Shown piece by piece: positions 9,508 through 18,834 of a stretch of DNA of 51,903 nucleotides (its first letter is position 1; every line of letters begins with the position of its first letter). Under the pieces are notes generated by a model that made no database searches, was not told the DNA's origin, and saw only the letters and a list, made by a program, of their open reading frames with translations. Position numbers and translations under genes: made by a program. Origin of the DNA: Anaerolineales bacterium. GTDB lineage: Bacteria; Chloroflexota; Anaerolineae; Anaerolineales; DRMV01. Location: contig JALUDX010000059.1 in NCBI GenBank assembly GCA_027053355.1, forward strand, positions 1 through 51,903, read 5' to 3'.

Positions 9508-9538
9508 AAAAAAAGCCCCGCGCTGAGCGGCGCGGGGC
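9508..9538 (-). terminator. Intrinsic terminator after fadD
   Basis: GCCCCGCG-ccgctcag-CGCGGGGC followed by T7 on the minus strand. Confidence 0.75.
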
Positions 9539-9563
9539 AGAGGACAGTGGGCTGTGGGTGACG

Positions 9564-11279
9564 CTACGAGCCCTCGGTGGTGTTTTGGGTGGCCTCCAGG
9601 TGCTGGCGCACCAACTCGCGGCGCAGGATCTTCCCCACCGTGGTTTTGGGCAGTTCGGTGCGGAACTCCACATGGGTGGGCACTTTGAACTTGGCCAGGC
9701 GCTCGCGGCACCAGGCTTTGATTTCCTCTTCGGTGAGGGTTTCGCCGGGCTTGGGCACCACCCAGGCTTTGACCGTTTCGCCCCGGTAAGGGTCGGGGAT
9801 GCCGGCGACGGCCACTTCCAGCACTTTGGGGTGCGCGCTGATTACCTCTTCCACTTCGCGCGGCCAAACCTGGTAGCCGCCGGGCTTGATCAGTTCTTTT
9901 TTGCGATCTACGATGTGAAAATAGCCGTCTTCGTCCATGTAGGCGATGTCGCCGGTGTAGAGCCAAATCAGGCCGTCGTCGCGGCGGCGCAGCACGTTGG
10001 CCGTTTCGGTGGGCATGTTGTGGTAGCCTTTCATCACCTGGGGGCCGTGGATGATGAGTTCGCCTACTTCACCGGGAGGCAATTCGGTCACCCCATCGTC
10101 CAGGCTGACGATTTTGGCGTCCACATCGGGCATCGGCAGGCCGATGGAGCCGGTGCGGTTTTCGCCGAGCACCGGGTTGCAGTGGGTGGCGGTGGGGGCT
10201 TCTGAAAGGCCGTAGCCCTCGAACACCTTGCCGCCGGTGAGCGCCTCGAATTTCTCTTTGGTCTCCCGCATCAGGGGCGCGGAGCCCGAAATGCACACCT
10301 TGATGCTGCTGAGGTCGTATTTCCCGGCCAGTACGTCGGGGTAGTTGTTGATCGCGTTGTACAGGGTGGGCACCCCGGGGAAGATGGTAGCATGGTATTT
10401 CTGGATGTTGTGGAGCAGGTCTTTCAGGTTGCGCGGGTCGGGCACCAGCACCAACGTGCCGCCCGAGGCAATGCCAAAGAGCATCCCCGAGACCATGCCG
10501 TATACGTGGAACAGCGGGATGGCCAAAAGCACCACCTCGTTGCCCGCTTCCAAATTGGGTACCCAGTTTTTGATTTGCAGCGTGTTGGCCACCAGGTTGC
10601 GGTGCAGTGCGACCGCGCCCTTCGAAAGCCCCGTGGTGCCGCCGGTGTATTGCAGCAAAGCCACGTCCTCGGGGCCGACGCTCACCGCGGGCCGGTCTTC
10701 TGGCGTGTGGCGGGCGATGAGGTCCTGCATCCACACGTCGCCATCGCGCAGGGTGACTCGAAAGCCGCCTTTCTTCTCTTTGGTCAGCGTAAAGAGAAAG
10801 CGCAGCAGCGGTGGTAGGGCTTCTTTGATGTTGGTCACCACCAGGCGCTTTAGGCCGGTTTGGGGTTGCACGGCTTTGATGCGTTCGTAGTAGTTGCTCA
10901 TCACCACCATGTGCGAAATGCCCGCATCGTTGAGTTGGTGTTCTATCTCGCGCGGGCTGTAGAGGGGGTTGGTGGCGACCACCACCCCGCCGATTTTCAA
11001 AATCGCAAAATAGGCGATGACGAATTGCGGCGTGTTGGGCATAAACAGCCCGACCCGGTCGCCCTTCTGAATACCCAGTTCGGCCAGCCCCGCAGCCAGG
11101 CGGTCGACCATCTGGTCGAGTTGCTGATAAGTCAGGCTCGCCCCCTTGAACACTGTGGCCGGTTTGTCGGGATATTTGCGCGCCGCCTCTTCTAAAAAGT
11201 AGAAAAGCGGCACCGGCGGGTATTCAATGTGAAAAGGTACCCCCGTGTCGTAATGTTTGAACCAGGGACGGTTTTCCAT
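9564..11279 (-). CDS. fadD: Long-chain fatty acid--CoA ligase
   Basis: Start MENRPWF with GGAGGAG RBS; QYTGGTTGLSKG, EGYGLSE, TGDI, DRKKELI, PKTTVGKILRR. Confidence 0.9.
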   Translation of the reverse strand: MENRPWFKHYDTGVPFHIEYPPVPLFYFLEEAARKYPDKPATVFKGASLTYQQLDQMVDRLAAGLAELGIQKGDRVGLFMPNTPQFVIAYFAILKIGGVVVATNPLYSPREIEHQLNDAGISHMVVMSNYYERIKAVQPQTGLKRLVVTNIKEALPPLLRFLFTLTKEKKGGFRVTLRDGDVWMQDLIARHTPEDRPAVSVGPEDVALLQYTGGTTGLSKGAVALHRNLVANTLQIKNWVPNLEAGNEVVLLAIPLFHVYGMVSGMLFGIASGGTLVLVPDPRNLKDLLHNIQKYHATIFPGVPTLYNAINNYPDVLAGKYDLSSIKVCISGSAPLMRETKEKFEALTGGKVFEGYGLSEAPTATHCNPVLGENRTGSIGLPMPDVDAKIVSLDDGVTELPPGEVGELIIHGPQVMKGYHNMPTETANVLRRRDDGLIWLYTGDIAYMDEDGYFHIVDRKKELIKPGGYQVWPREVEEVISAHPKVLEVAVAGIPDPYRGETVKAWVVPKPGETLTEEEIKAWCRERLAKFKVPTHVEFRTELPKTTVGKILRRELVRQHLEATQNTTEGS

Positions 11280-11352
11280 AGACTCTCCTCCATTGGGTCT
11301 TTGGGCAGGGGCGTGCCGCGACCCGCCCTTTTCGACACATCCATCCATGGCA

Positions 11353-11381
11353 AGTATAGAACGGGAGGAATAAAAAGTCAA
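11353..11381 (-). promoter_or_regulatory. Sigma70-type promoter of fadD
   Basis: TTGACT-17 bp-TATACT. Confidence 0.6.
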
Positions 11382-11761
11382 ACCTCCAGCGTTCTCTCAA
11401 CAAGAAAATTTTCTAAAAGCAAATAGCCTCCCTGCAACTCAAAAAGTTATGGGGAGAGCCTGGCGAGCCATTAGGCGTCTTGACGTGTGCGACGCCTGGG
11501 CAAAGAAATGGTGCGCGTTAAAACCTTGGGCTGTGGAAAACGGGAAAAAACTGAAGCGTAGCGGAGGTTTTCCCTTCATAAGTCCTTACAGCAATAGCCC
11601 TGATCTTGGAGGAGAATACCGGCCTCAAATCGCTTCTGATTCCGCCAGACACACTATTTCCTTTCCTTTTCCCCAGTCACATTATCATTTGGCGGATCTC
11701 TCGCTTCGGTCACATTTTCGTTTGACTGGCCTGAGGGACGTGCGGGACAAACAGCAGTAGA

Positions 11762-12901
11762 TCATCTTCCCCCTCTGGGTGTTACCCTTGCAGCCCATGC
11801 CTGGCTTAGCCCTACGAGGAGAGGGCGGTCTTGATTATACCCCGTTGTCTGGGCTTCGACCCGTCGAAATTCGGCTAAAAACTGTGCTGCCAGGAGGGGG
11901 TCTTCCACAATGAGCAGGTTTTCGTCGTTGCGGGTTTCCGCGCTGCGGGTGAAGTTGTACGAGCCAAAAATCACGAAACGGTCATCCACCACCAACACCT
12001 TGTGGTGCATGGCGTAAGGGTTGCCGTCCAGGCGCACATCCAAGCCCGCACGGCGCAGATAGGCGTATTGATTGCCTTGGCTTTGTTCGGCCTGGCGGCG
12101 GTCGAACACCCCTTCCACCACCACGCCCCGTTGCGCCTGCGCGACCAGCAGGCGGGCCAGGTCTCGGTCGGTGAAATTGAACACCATCAACACGATGTGC
12201 TTCTTGGCGCCCCGCACCACCGGCAAGACATGGCGCAAGGGGTGGTCTTCGGGCGCGAAATACACTTCCAGGGGGATGCCGTCCACCGAGAGGCGGGGGA
12301 AGGGGGTGTTTGCCGGGGAATCCGCGCCAAAGCGATGGGCAACGGCCATTTCTTCGAATTCGGCGGTGTAATCTTGCGCCAGTCGGGGCGAGGTGATGGC
12401 GACCAGGTCGTTATCGTTGCGGTACGCGCCGTTGAGGGTGAAATTCATGGAACCCGTCCACACCTGATAACGGTCGATCACCACGAATTTGTCGTGCATC
12501 AGCGCCTTGCGCCCGTCGCCCACCACCGGAATGCCCGCGGCCTGCAATGCACGGAACTCCGACCGATCTAGATGGTCGCTTTCGGCCACGATGCGCACCT
12601 GCACCCCGCGGCGCTGGGCGCGCAACAGCGCGTCGCGAATGCTCCAGAGGTTCAAATCGTATAGCGCGGCATCTACCGACACGCGGGCGCGGTCGATGGC
12701 CTGAGCCACGGCCGCGTCGGGGCCGCCGCGCAGGTTGTGCGCCGCGGTGCGCGGGTGGGTGAAATACACCTGAAAGGGCGAACTTTCCGTAGATGTCGCG
12801 GTCGGGGGTCCGGCAACGGGCGTCGCGGCCGGCCAGGCGCAGCCCGCCAGCAAGGCGAGGAAGAGCAAAACCAAACCAGCGTAGCGAACGTTCAAGGGCA
12901 C
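11762..12901 (-). CDS. Phospholipase D-like (two HKD motifs) lipoprotein, Nuc-type nuclease/phosphodiesterase
   Basis: Lipobox LAGC; MHDKFVVID...TGSMNFT and MHHKVLVVDD...GSYNFT..A...NDEN. Start is GTG 12901 or TTG 12895. Confidence 0.85.
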   Translation of the reverse strand: MPLNVRYAGLVLLFLALLAGCAWPAATPVAGPPTATSTESSPFQVYFTHPRTAAHNLRGGPDAAVAQAIDRARVSVDAALYDLNLWSIRDALLRAQRRGVQVRIVAESDHLDRSEFRALQAAGIPVVGDGRKALMHDKFVVIDRYQVWTGSMNFTLNGAYRNDNDLVAITSPRLAQDYTAEFEEMAVAHRFGADSPANTPFPRLSVDGIPLEVYFAPEDHPLRHVLPVVRGAKKHIVLMVFNFTDRDLARLLVAQAQRGVVVEGVFDRRQAEQSQGNQYAYLRRAGLDVRLDGNPYAMHHKVLVVDDRFVIFGSYNFTRSAETRNDENLLIVEDPLLAAQFLAEFRRVEAQTTGYNQDRPLLVGLSQAWAARVTPRGGR

Positions 12902-12954
12902 ACCTGAGGGAAATGGCCTCTGCCGAGCGCCGAGGGGGCAGGGGGGCAGGCGTC

Positions 12955-14223
12955 TTATTTTACCCGCACCCCTCGCCAGCGCCCAAGGCGCAAAAGCGGC
13001 CGCAGCGAAGCTATCTGGGGCTTGGGAGGCGCGCCGCGCGTCGTGGTGGACGTGGTGGGCGCGGCAGTCGCGGACACGGGCTGCCGGCTGCCGACGTCGT
13101 AAAGGACGTTTTTGGCCGCGCCCGGCGTAGGCCAACAGGGGTAGGTCAGGGGCGCCCAACCCCAGCGGGGGCGGCACCACGAAAGGTTCCACGACGTGGC
13201 ATTGCGGTAGCGCATCTGATCCACCACACGGCCGTCGGGGGTAAACAGGCGCACCATGTCGCCCCGGTCGGCCAGGCGCAGGTGGGTCTGGGCGGCAAAG
13301 AACACCACCACGTGCCCCGGCAGCAGGCCGGTTTCGGGAATTTCGAAGGGCGGCGAGCCTCCGGGGCCGTCGTCCAAGAGCCAGTTGTCCAGATTGACCG
13401 CGCCGGGGCCCAGGTTGAGGATTTCGATGAACTCGTCGCCGCTGTTGGCCTCGCCGTCGTGGTTCCAGTCGTAGCGCGGGTGGGGGAGCACTTCGCCAAT
13501 GACCACTCGACCGGGCAAGGGTTTGGGCGTCGGCGAGGGGCCGGAGGTCGGCGTGGGCGTTGGCGTGAGCGTGGGGGTCGGCGAAGGGGTCGGCGTGGGC
13601 GTGGTCAAGTTCACCGAGTTGGCGAACTTCGCGGTGCCCCGCAGCGGGTTGCCCGCGGCATCGTGGCCGTGGGTCACCGCGGCGTTGTTGGTGCCCCACG
13701 CACCAACGCCATCGGGCGCCAAGCCAATCCGTTCCATGGTAGCCCGCTGTGCCGCATCCCCGGCCGGCCAGCCGCCGCCCTCGTGGTTGGCTGTATCCAC
13801 CACTTCACCCTGGGGGCCGTAGAGGGTCAGCGCCTCACCGCCGTTGTTCAGCGCGCCGGTGTAGATTTGGTCGGCCGGAATATCCGACACCGTGCTATCG
13901 TCGGTGCGTTCCAACAAGAAAAAGCCGTGCCCCGCGATGCTCCCCTGCAGGGCGATGTCGGGGCTGCCGTCGGCCGCGGCCAGGCGCCAGCCCGTCAGGT
14001 CTACCGCTTCCGCCTGGGGGTTGTACAGTTCAATCCACTCGTCGTTGGCGCTGGCTGCTGTGCCCGCCCAGGCCACCTCGCTGATGAGCACCCGCCGCGG
14101 CGGCACCGCGGGGGCGCGGGCCAGCACCTGCCAGGGGCGCAAAAGGAACCACCCCAAGAGCAGCACCGCCACGCTGCTCCACCAAACGCCGCGCCTCCAT
14201 TCCCCGACGCGCCAATTTTTCAC
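12955..14223 (-). CDS. Secreted lamin tail domain protein (two LTDs joined by Pro/Thr linker)
   Basis: VLISEVAW...DEWIELYNP...DLTGWRL and VVIGEVL...DEFIEILN...NLDNWLL; (TP)n linker; signal peptide. Confidence 0.8.
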   Translation of the reverse strand: MKNWRVGEWRRGVWWSSVAVLLLGWFLLRPWQVLARAPAVPPRRVLISEVAWAGTAASANDEWIELYNPQAEAVDLTGWRLAAADGSPDIALQGSIAGHGFFLLERTDDSTVSDIPADQIYTGALNNGGEALTLYGPQGEVVDTANHEGGGWPAGDAAQRATMERIGLAPDGVGAWGTNNAAVTHGHDAAGNPLRGTAKFANSVNLTTPTPTPSPTPTLTPTPTPTSGPSPTPKPLPGRVVIGEVLPHPRYDWNHDGEANSGDEFIEILNLGPGAVNLDNWLLDDGPGGSPPFEIPETGLLPGHVVVFFAAQTHLRLADRGDMVRLFTPDGRVVDQMRYRNATSWNLSWCRPRWGWAPLTYPCWPTPGAAKNVLYDVGSRQPVSATAAPTTSTTTRGAPPKPQIASLRPLLRLGRWRGVRVK

Positions 14224-14256
14224 CTCGGCACCAGACGAATGGAGTAAAGAAGCCTA

Positions 14257-14583
14257 TCAAAAGGCCGAAGGCTCGTCCCCGTCCGCTTCTACTTCTTCGG
14301 CTGTCCCTTCGGCCTCAGCCTCGCTGCACTGCGTCACCGTAAAACGGATGGCTGTGCGCTCCTTCCCTTCGATTTCCACTTCGGCAAATTCGGGGGTGAA
14401 GACCACCCGATACCCATCGGCAGCCAGGTAACTGCGGGCTAAAATTAGGGCTTTGACCGCCTGGTTGACCGCGCCGGCGCCGATGGCCTGCACCACAGCG
14501 TGTTGATGTTCGCGGAAGACGCCAGCAATGGCGCCTGCCGTGGCCGGGGGACGGGATTTTCCGGAAACTTTGATGACTTCCAT
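14257..14583 (-). CDS. spoVS: Stage V sporulation protein S family
   Basis: MEVIKVSGKS.P...AGAIA...QAIGAGAVNQAVKA...GKERTAIRF. Confidence 0.92.
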   Translation of the reverse strand: MEVIKVSGKSRPPATAGAIAGVFREHQHAVVQAIGAGAVNQAVKALILARSYLAADGYRVVFTPEFAEVEIEGKERTAIRFTVTQCSEAEAEGTAEEVEADGDEPSAF

Positions 14584-14685
14584 GGTCGCCTCTCCTTGCG
14601 CCTTGTCGTGTGGTGCGGTCGGCTGCTGCGGGGCTACACCGCGAAGGCTGCCCTCCCTTCTATTGTAGAAGATTTTGGGAGAAAA

Positions 14686-15483
14686 TCAAGGGGGTTCGTG
14701 ATACACGGCCAGCAGGGTACGGCCATGACCCTGCTGCAGGCAGGCGACCAGGTTTTCAGCCCAGGGGCTGGGCTGCGAGGGCAACAAGGCCAACACGGGC
14801 GCTTGCCAGGAAGGGGGCAAGCCGTCGGCCAGCGCGATCTGCTGGACGTCTTTGCTCGCGGTGGCGTCGTAGCGTAGCCAGGCCGCAGGCACAAAGCCCA
14901 ACGCGGCCTGGTCGTGCCGCAGGACCTGCAACATGGCCGTGGGGGAGGGCGCCCACGCCGCGTCCCCGCGCAGCCGCGCCTCGCCCAACCAGGCGCGCAG
15001 GCGGCGCTGCCCCCCGCTGCCCGGCGCGGGTAGCCACAAAGCCAGCGGCACCTCGCCAGGCCAGGTGGTCGTCTGCCCCAAGACTATGCGCCGCACGGCC
15101 GTGGTGGTCAGACGGTGAGGTCGGCCTGAGGCGGCGACCACAGCCAACCGCTCCTGCCCGATGGGGTAAGCCTGCCACGCGCCGGAGGAGGGCGGCAGCC
15201 CCCACCAGAAAGCCAGATCCACCTGCGAGGGCAAGGCGTCTTGCAAGCCCACAAGGAAAGCCGGGGCAATGCCCTCGGCCTGCGCGCAGGCACGCAGCGC
15301 AGGCCGCAGGGGCAACAAATCTTCCGGCAGGTAGAGCACCACCAACGGCGCTCGCGTGGGCAACGAAGGCAGCGTGGGGGTGGGGGTGCTTGGCCGCGGC
15401 GTGGGCGTTGGGCTCGCACTGCCCACGCAGCCGCTCACCATACCCCAAAAAAACACTGTCGCCAACCACAATCTGACACGCAT
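14686..15483 (-). CDS. Putative lipoprotein, periplasmic-binding-protein-like
   Basis: MRVRLWL...VSGC lipobox, Pro/Thr linker, LAVV...RRI..G..T.W and ALGFVP resembling the PBP_like fold. Confidence 0.6.
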   Translation of the reverse strand: MRVRLWLATVFFWGMVSGCVGSASPTPTPRPSTPTPTLPSLPTRAPLVVLYLPEDLLPLRPALRACAQAEGIAPAFLVGLQDALPSQVDLAFWWGLPPSSGAWQAYPIGQERLAVVAASGRPHRLTTTAVRRIVLGQTTTWPGEVPLALWLPAPGSGGQRRLRAWLGEARLRGDAAWAPSPTAMLQVLRHDQAALGFVPAAWLRYDATASKDVQQIALADGLPPSWQAPVLALLPSQPSPWAENLVACLQQGHGRTLLAVYHEPP

Positions 15484-15562
15484 ACCGTCACTATAACACA
15501 AATCAGAGCGGTGTTACAATAGCCCTCTCAGCCTTGGCGACATTTTTTGCCAGGAGGTTCCG

Positions 15563-17290
15563 ATGGACAAACCCTCGGCTTTTCGTTTGCTCGACACGCC
15601 CACGGCCGAAGTGGCCGTTTACCTGCCCGATGGCCGCGGCATCGTAGGGCCGCGCGGCGCGGCGGTAGCCGACTTCCTCCAGCCCATCGCCGAGACCCTG
15701 CCTGCCCCCCTGATGGGCGCAGTGGTCAACGGCGACCTGCGGGAACTCACCTTCCCCATCCAACTGGAAGCCCAAGTCCGCCCCGTCACTTTGCGCGATT
15801 CGGATGGCATCCGCATTTACCGCCGTTCGTTGGTGTTTTTACTGGAAGTGGCGTTCTCTGACCTCTTCCCCCAGGGGCGGCTGATCGTGGATCACTCGGT
15901 GGTCTCCGGCGGCTATTTTTGCCGGGCGCGGCCCGCGCTCGACCAAGCGGCGCTGCGCCGCCTGGAAGCCCACATGCGGGAACTGGTGCAGCAAAACCTG
16001 CCCATCGTGCGCGCGGAACTGCCCCTGGACGAGGCCATCGCTTATTTCCAGACGCACGGCCACACCGACAAAGTGCGCCTGCTGCGCCATCGGGCGAAAG
16101 ATTACCTCACCGTGTACCGCTTAGGCGACTATCTGGACTACCACCACGGCTACATGGTGCCGGCCACGGGCTATCTGCGCTGGTTTGCGTTGGCCCCTGC
16201 GGAAGGCGGGTTTATCTTGCGCTTCCCCCAGCGGGAGCACCCGACCACCTTGCCGCCCTTGGGCAAGCCCTCCAAACTGCTGGCCACGTTCCGCCAATAC
16301 GGCGATTGGCTGCGCCGCTTGGGCATCAACAACGTGGGCTCCCTCAACGATGCGGTGGAAAGCGGGCGCATCCGCGAGGTGGTTTTGGTCTCCGAAGCCC
16401 TGCACGAGCAACGCATTGCCGAGATTGCGGCCAAAATTGCCGCCCAGCGAGAAGCCATGCGGGTGGTGCTCATCGCGGGGCCTTCTTCTTCGGGCAAGAC
16501 CACCTTCTCTAAACGCCTGACCGTGCAACTGCTCACCCAGGGGCTTTCCCCCTTCCCCCTGGAATTGGACAACTATTTCGTCGACCGGAAGCACACGCCC
16601 CGCGACGCGCAGGGGAATTACGACTTCGAGCACATCGACGCGCTGGACCGTGACCGCCTGGCTGAAGACGTCCACCGTCTGTTGCGAGGCGAAGCGGTGC
16701 AACTGCCGCGCTACAACTTCAAAACCGGCCACCGCGAGCCCGGCGAGGTGGTGCAACTCGCACCCGGCCAACTCATCATCATGGAAGGCATCCACGGACT
16801 GAACCCGCGGCTGCTGCCTGGCATCCCCCGCGAGCAGACGTTCCGCATCTACGTGTCGGCGCTCACCCAACTCAATTTGGACTGCCACAACCGGGTTTCC
16901 ACCACCGACACCCGGTTGCTGCGGCGCATTGTGCGCGACGCGCGCGATCGGGGGTACAGCGCGCAAGAGACCATCGACCGTTGGGAGGCCGTGCGCCGGG
17001 GCGAAAAGCGGTGGATTTTCCCCTTTCAGGAAGAGGCCGACGTGATGTTCAACTCAGCCTTAGTCTACGAACTGGCCGTCCTCAAAACTTACGCGGTACC
17101 GCTGCTGTTGCAAGTGCCCCACCACACCCCCGCGCACATCGAAGCCAAGCGGCTGCTCTCTTTGCTGGAATGGTTTGTGCCGGTAGAAGCACGGCTGGTG
17201 CCCGACGATTCGTTGTTGCGCGAATTCATCGGCGGCTCCATCCTCAGCGCCTTTTTGCTGTGGCACAATGACCTTTCGTCTGGCCAATAG
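15563..17290 (+). CDS. Nucleoside (uridine) kinase with N-terminal ThrRS TGS/editing-like domains
   Basis: AGGAGG RBS; N-terminal VNGDLREL...IYRRSL; Walker A AGPSSSGKTT; LDNYF; EGIHGLN; TDTRLLRRIVRD. Confidence 0.88.
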   Translation: MDKPSAFRLLDTPTAEVAVYLPDGRGIVGPRGAAVADFLQPIAETLPAPLMGAVVNGDLRELTFPIQLEAQVRPVTLRDSDGIRIYRRSLVFLLEVAFSDLFPQGRLIVDHSVVSGGYFCRARPALDQAALRRLEAHMRELVQQNLPIVRAELPLDEAIAYFQTHGHTDKVRLLRHRAKDYLTVYRLGDYLDYHHGYMVPATGYLRWFALAPAEGGFILRFPQREHPTTLPPLGKPSKLLATFRQYGDWLRRLGINNVGSLNDAVESGRIREVVLVSEALHEQRIAEIAAKIAAQREAMRVVLIAGPSSSGKTTFSKRLTVQLLTQGLSPFPLELDNYFVDRKHTPRDAQGNYDFEHIDALDRDRLAEDVHRLLRGEAVQLPRYNFKTGHREPGEVVQLAPGQLIIMEGIHGLNPRLLPGIPREQTFRIYVSALTQLNLDCHNRVSTTDTRLLRRIVRDARDRGYSAQETIDRWEAVRRGEKRWIFPFQEEADVMFNSALVYELAVLKTYAVPLLLQVPHHTPAHIEAKRLLSLLEWFVPVEARLVPDDSLLREFIGGSILSAFLLWHNDLSSGQ

Positions 17291-17295
17291 GGCGG

Positions 17296-17487
17296 GTAAC
17301 CGTTCAACCGCGGGGAAGAGAAACCGCAGATTACGCCGGTTTCACAGATGAGCACAGATTGGGCGAAAAACACTAAAAAGCCCTCTCTCTCGCCCTCACT
17401 TCTTGGCGGTCTTGGCGTCATCTTGGCGACCTTGGCGACCTAAAAATCAGTGCTATCCGTGGTCTATTCCCTTGGGTGAATAGTTAC
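17296..17487. repeat. Intergenic element with inverted termini (family copy C)
   Basis: GTAACCGTTCAACC...GGGTGAATAGTTAC; internal CACAGAT modules and (CTTGGCGNN) x4. Confidence 0.8.
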
Positions 17488-17597
17488 GCATTCTGAACCG
17501 GTTGTGCTCAGGGGCTATAATAAAAACAGGAGCAGATTGCGCGCTTCCTCGACACGGTACGCGTTGTGCATCAGCCGACACTTTCAGGAGGAACACC

Positions 17598-18713
17598 ATG
17601 TCCACCGTTTTGGCTGACTTGCTCGACAGCATGACCGTAGAAGGCCAATTGTACGAGAAAATGGAAGGGGGACGGGTGCGCTGCCTGGCTTGCGGCCACC
17701 GTTGTGTCATCAACCCGGGCCGGCGGGGGGTGTGCAAAGTCCGCTTCAACCGGGAGGGCAAACTGATGGCACCCTGGGGGTATGTGGCCGGTTTGCAGGC
17801 CGACCCCATCGAGAAAAAGCCCTTTTATCACTTCCTGCCCGGCAGCGACGCGCTCACCTTTGGCATGTTGGGGTGCGATATGCACTGCCCCTTTTGCCAA
17901 AACTGGCTCACTTCGCAGGCGTTGCGCGACCCTGCCGCGGAGGCCGCGGGGCACTTCATCCGTAAGATCTCGCCGCAGCAATTGGTTCAGGCCGCGCGCC
18001 AAACCCGCGCCGCGACCATCGCTTCCTCTTACAACGAGCCGCTCATCACCATCGAGTGGGCGGTGGAGATCTTCCGCTTGGCCAAAGCCCAGGGTTTCAA
18101 AACCGTGTTCGTCTCCAACGGCCACGCCACCCCCGAAGCCCTGGCTTACCTGCGCCCCTATTTGGACGGCTATAAAATCGACCTCAAAACCATGGATGCC
18201 AAAGCCTACCGCCGCTTGGGGGGCAATTTGCAACGGGTGTTAGACACCATCGCCATGGCGCACGAGCAGGGGTTTTGGGTGGAAGTGGTCACCCTGGTCA
18301 TCCCCGGTTATAACGATAGCCCCGAAATGCTGCTGGACGCGGCGCGTTACATCGCCTCGGTTTCGCCCGACATCCCCTGGCATGTGACCGCGTTTCACCC
18401 CGATTACCAGATGACCGAACCGCCGCCCACGTCGGTGCGCACGTTGTTGCAGGCGGCAGAAATCGGGCAAGAAGCCGGGCTGCACTTCGTTTACGCGGGG
18501 AACTTACCGGGCTATGTTGCCGATTACGAAAACACCTATTGCCCCCATTGCGGCGCGCTGCTCATCAAACGCCAGGGCTACAGGTTGCAGGAGTATCACC
18601 TCACCGGGGAAGGGACGTGCCCGCGCTGCGGCGCGCAGATCCCCGGGGTGTGGCCGAAAGACCCGCAGCAGGTGCGCTTAGGCGGGTATGGACGCCCGCG
18701 CGTGGTGTGGTGA
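17598..18713 (+). CDS. amrS: AmmeMemoRadiSam system radical SAM enzyme
   Basis: C..C.H.C......G.C.VR; DPIEKKPFYHF.PG; GCDMHCPFCQNW; SYNEP; PWHVTAFHPDY; NTYCP.CG. Confidence 0.9.
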   Translation: MSTVLADLLDSMTVEGQLYEKMEGGRVRCLACGHRCVINPGRRGVCKVRFNREGKLMAPWGYVAGLQADPIEKKPFYHFLPGSDALTFGMLGCDMHCPFCQNWLTSQALRDPAAEAAGHFIRKISPQQLVQAARQTRAATIASSYNEPLITIEWAVEIFRLAKAQGFKTVFVSNGHATPEALAYLRPYLDGYKIDLKTMDAKAYRRLGGNLQRVLDTIAMAHEQGFWVEVVTLVIPGYNDSPEMLLDAARYIASVSPDIPWHVTAFHPDYQMTEPPPTSVRTLLQAAEIGQEAGLHFVYAGNLPGYVADYENTYCPHCGALLIKRQGYRLQEYHLTGEGTCPRCGAQIPGVWPKDPQQVRLGGYGRPRVVW

Positions 18714-18783
18714 GCAGCCCGCGCCCTTGGTTGTGCCGGGCTGCTGTGCCCCTACGCCTCCTCAGACCCTGAAAACGCCTCGA

Positions 18784-18812
18784 GGAGGGGCGAGACGACG
18801 CCTCGCCCCTCC
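18784..18812. repeat. REP-like hairpin between convergent genes (possible terminator)
   Basis: GGAGGGGCGAG-acgacgc-CTCGCCCCTCC; a partial GCTGTGCCCCTAC lies just upstream. Confidence 0.55.
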
Positions 18813-18834
18813 TTTGCGCCTCTTTGCGGGCAGG

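Noticed and set aside
11449-11760. 103-aa plus-strand ORF
   Set aside because: No RBS, atypical codon usage and no recognisable motif; treated as non-coding pending evidence.
13520-13605. GGCGTGGGCGT-like tandem repeats (also near 15375-15415, 46600-46715, 51880-51903)
   Set aside because: They encode ordinary Pro/Thr linkers of secreted proteins.
12902-13699. Long N-terminal extension of the PLD ORF (and similar extensions on cydC, elp3, trpB2, rnz, dsbA, Nudix, trmI)
   Set aside because: High-GC open frames overlapping upstream genes, repeats or RNA elements. True starts were chosen from RBS, signal peptide or family N-terminus.
14257-14583. spoVS as evidence of sporulation
   Set aside because: SpoVS occurs in many non-sporulating phyla, and no other sporulation genes are present.
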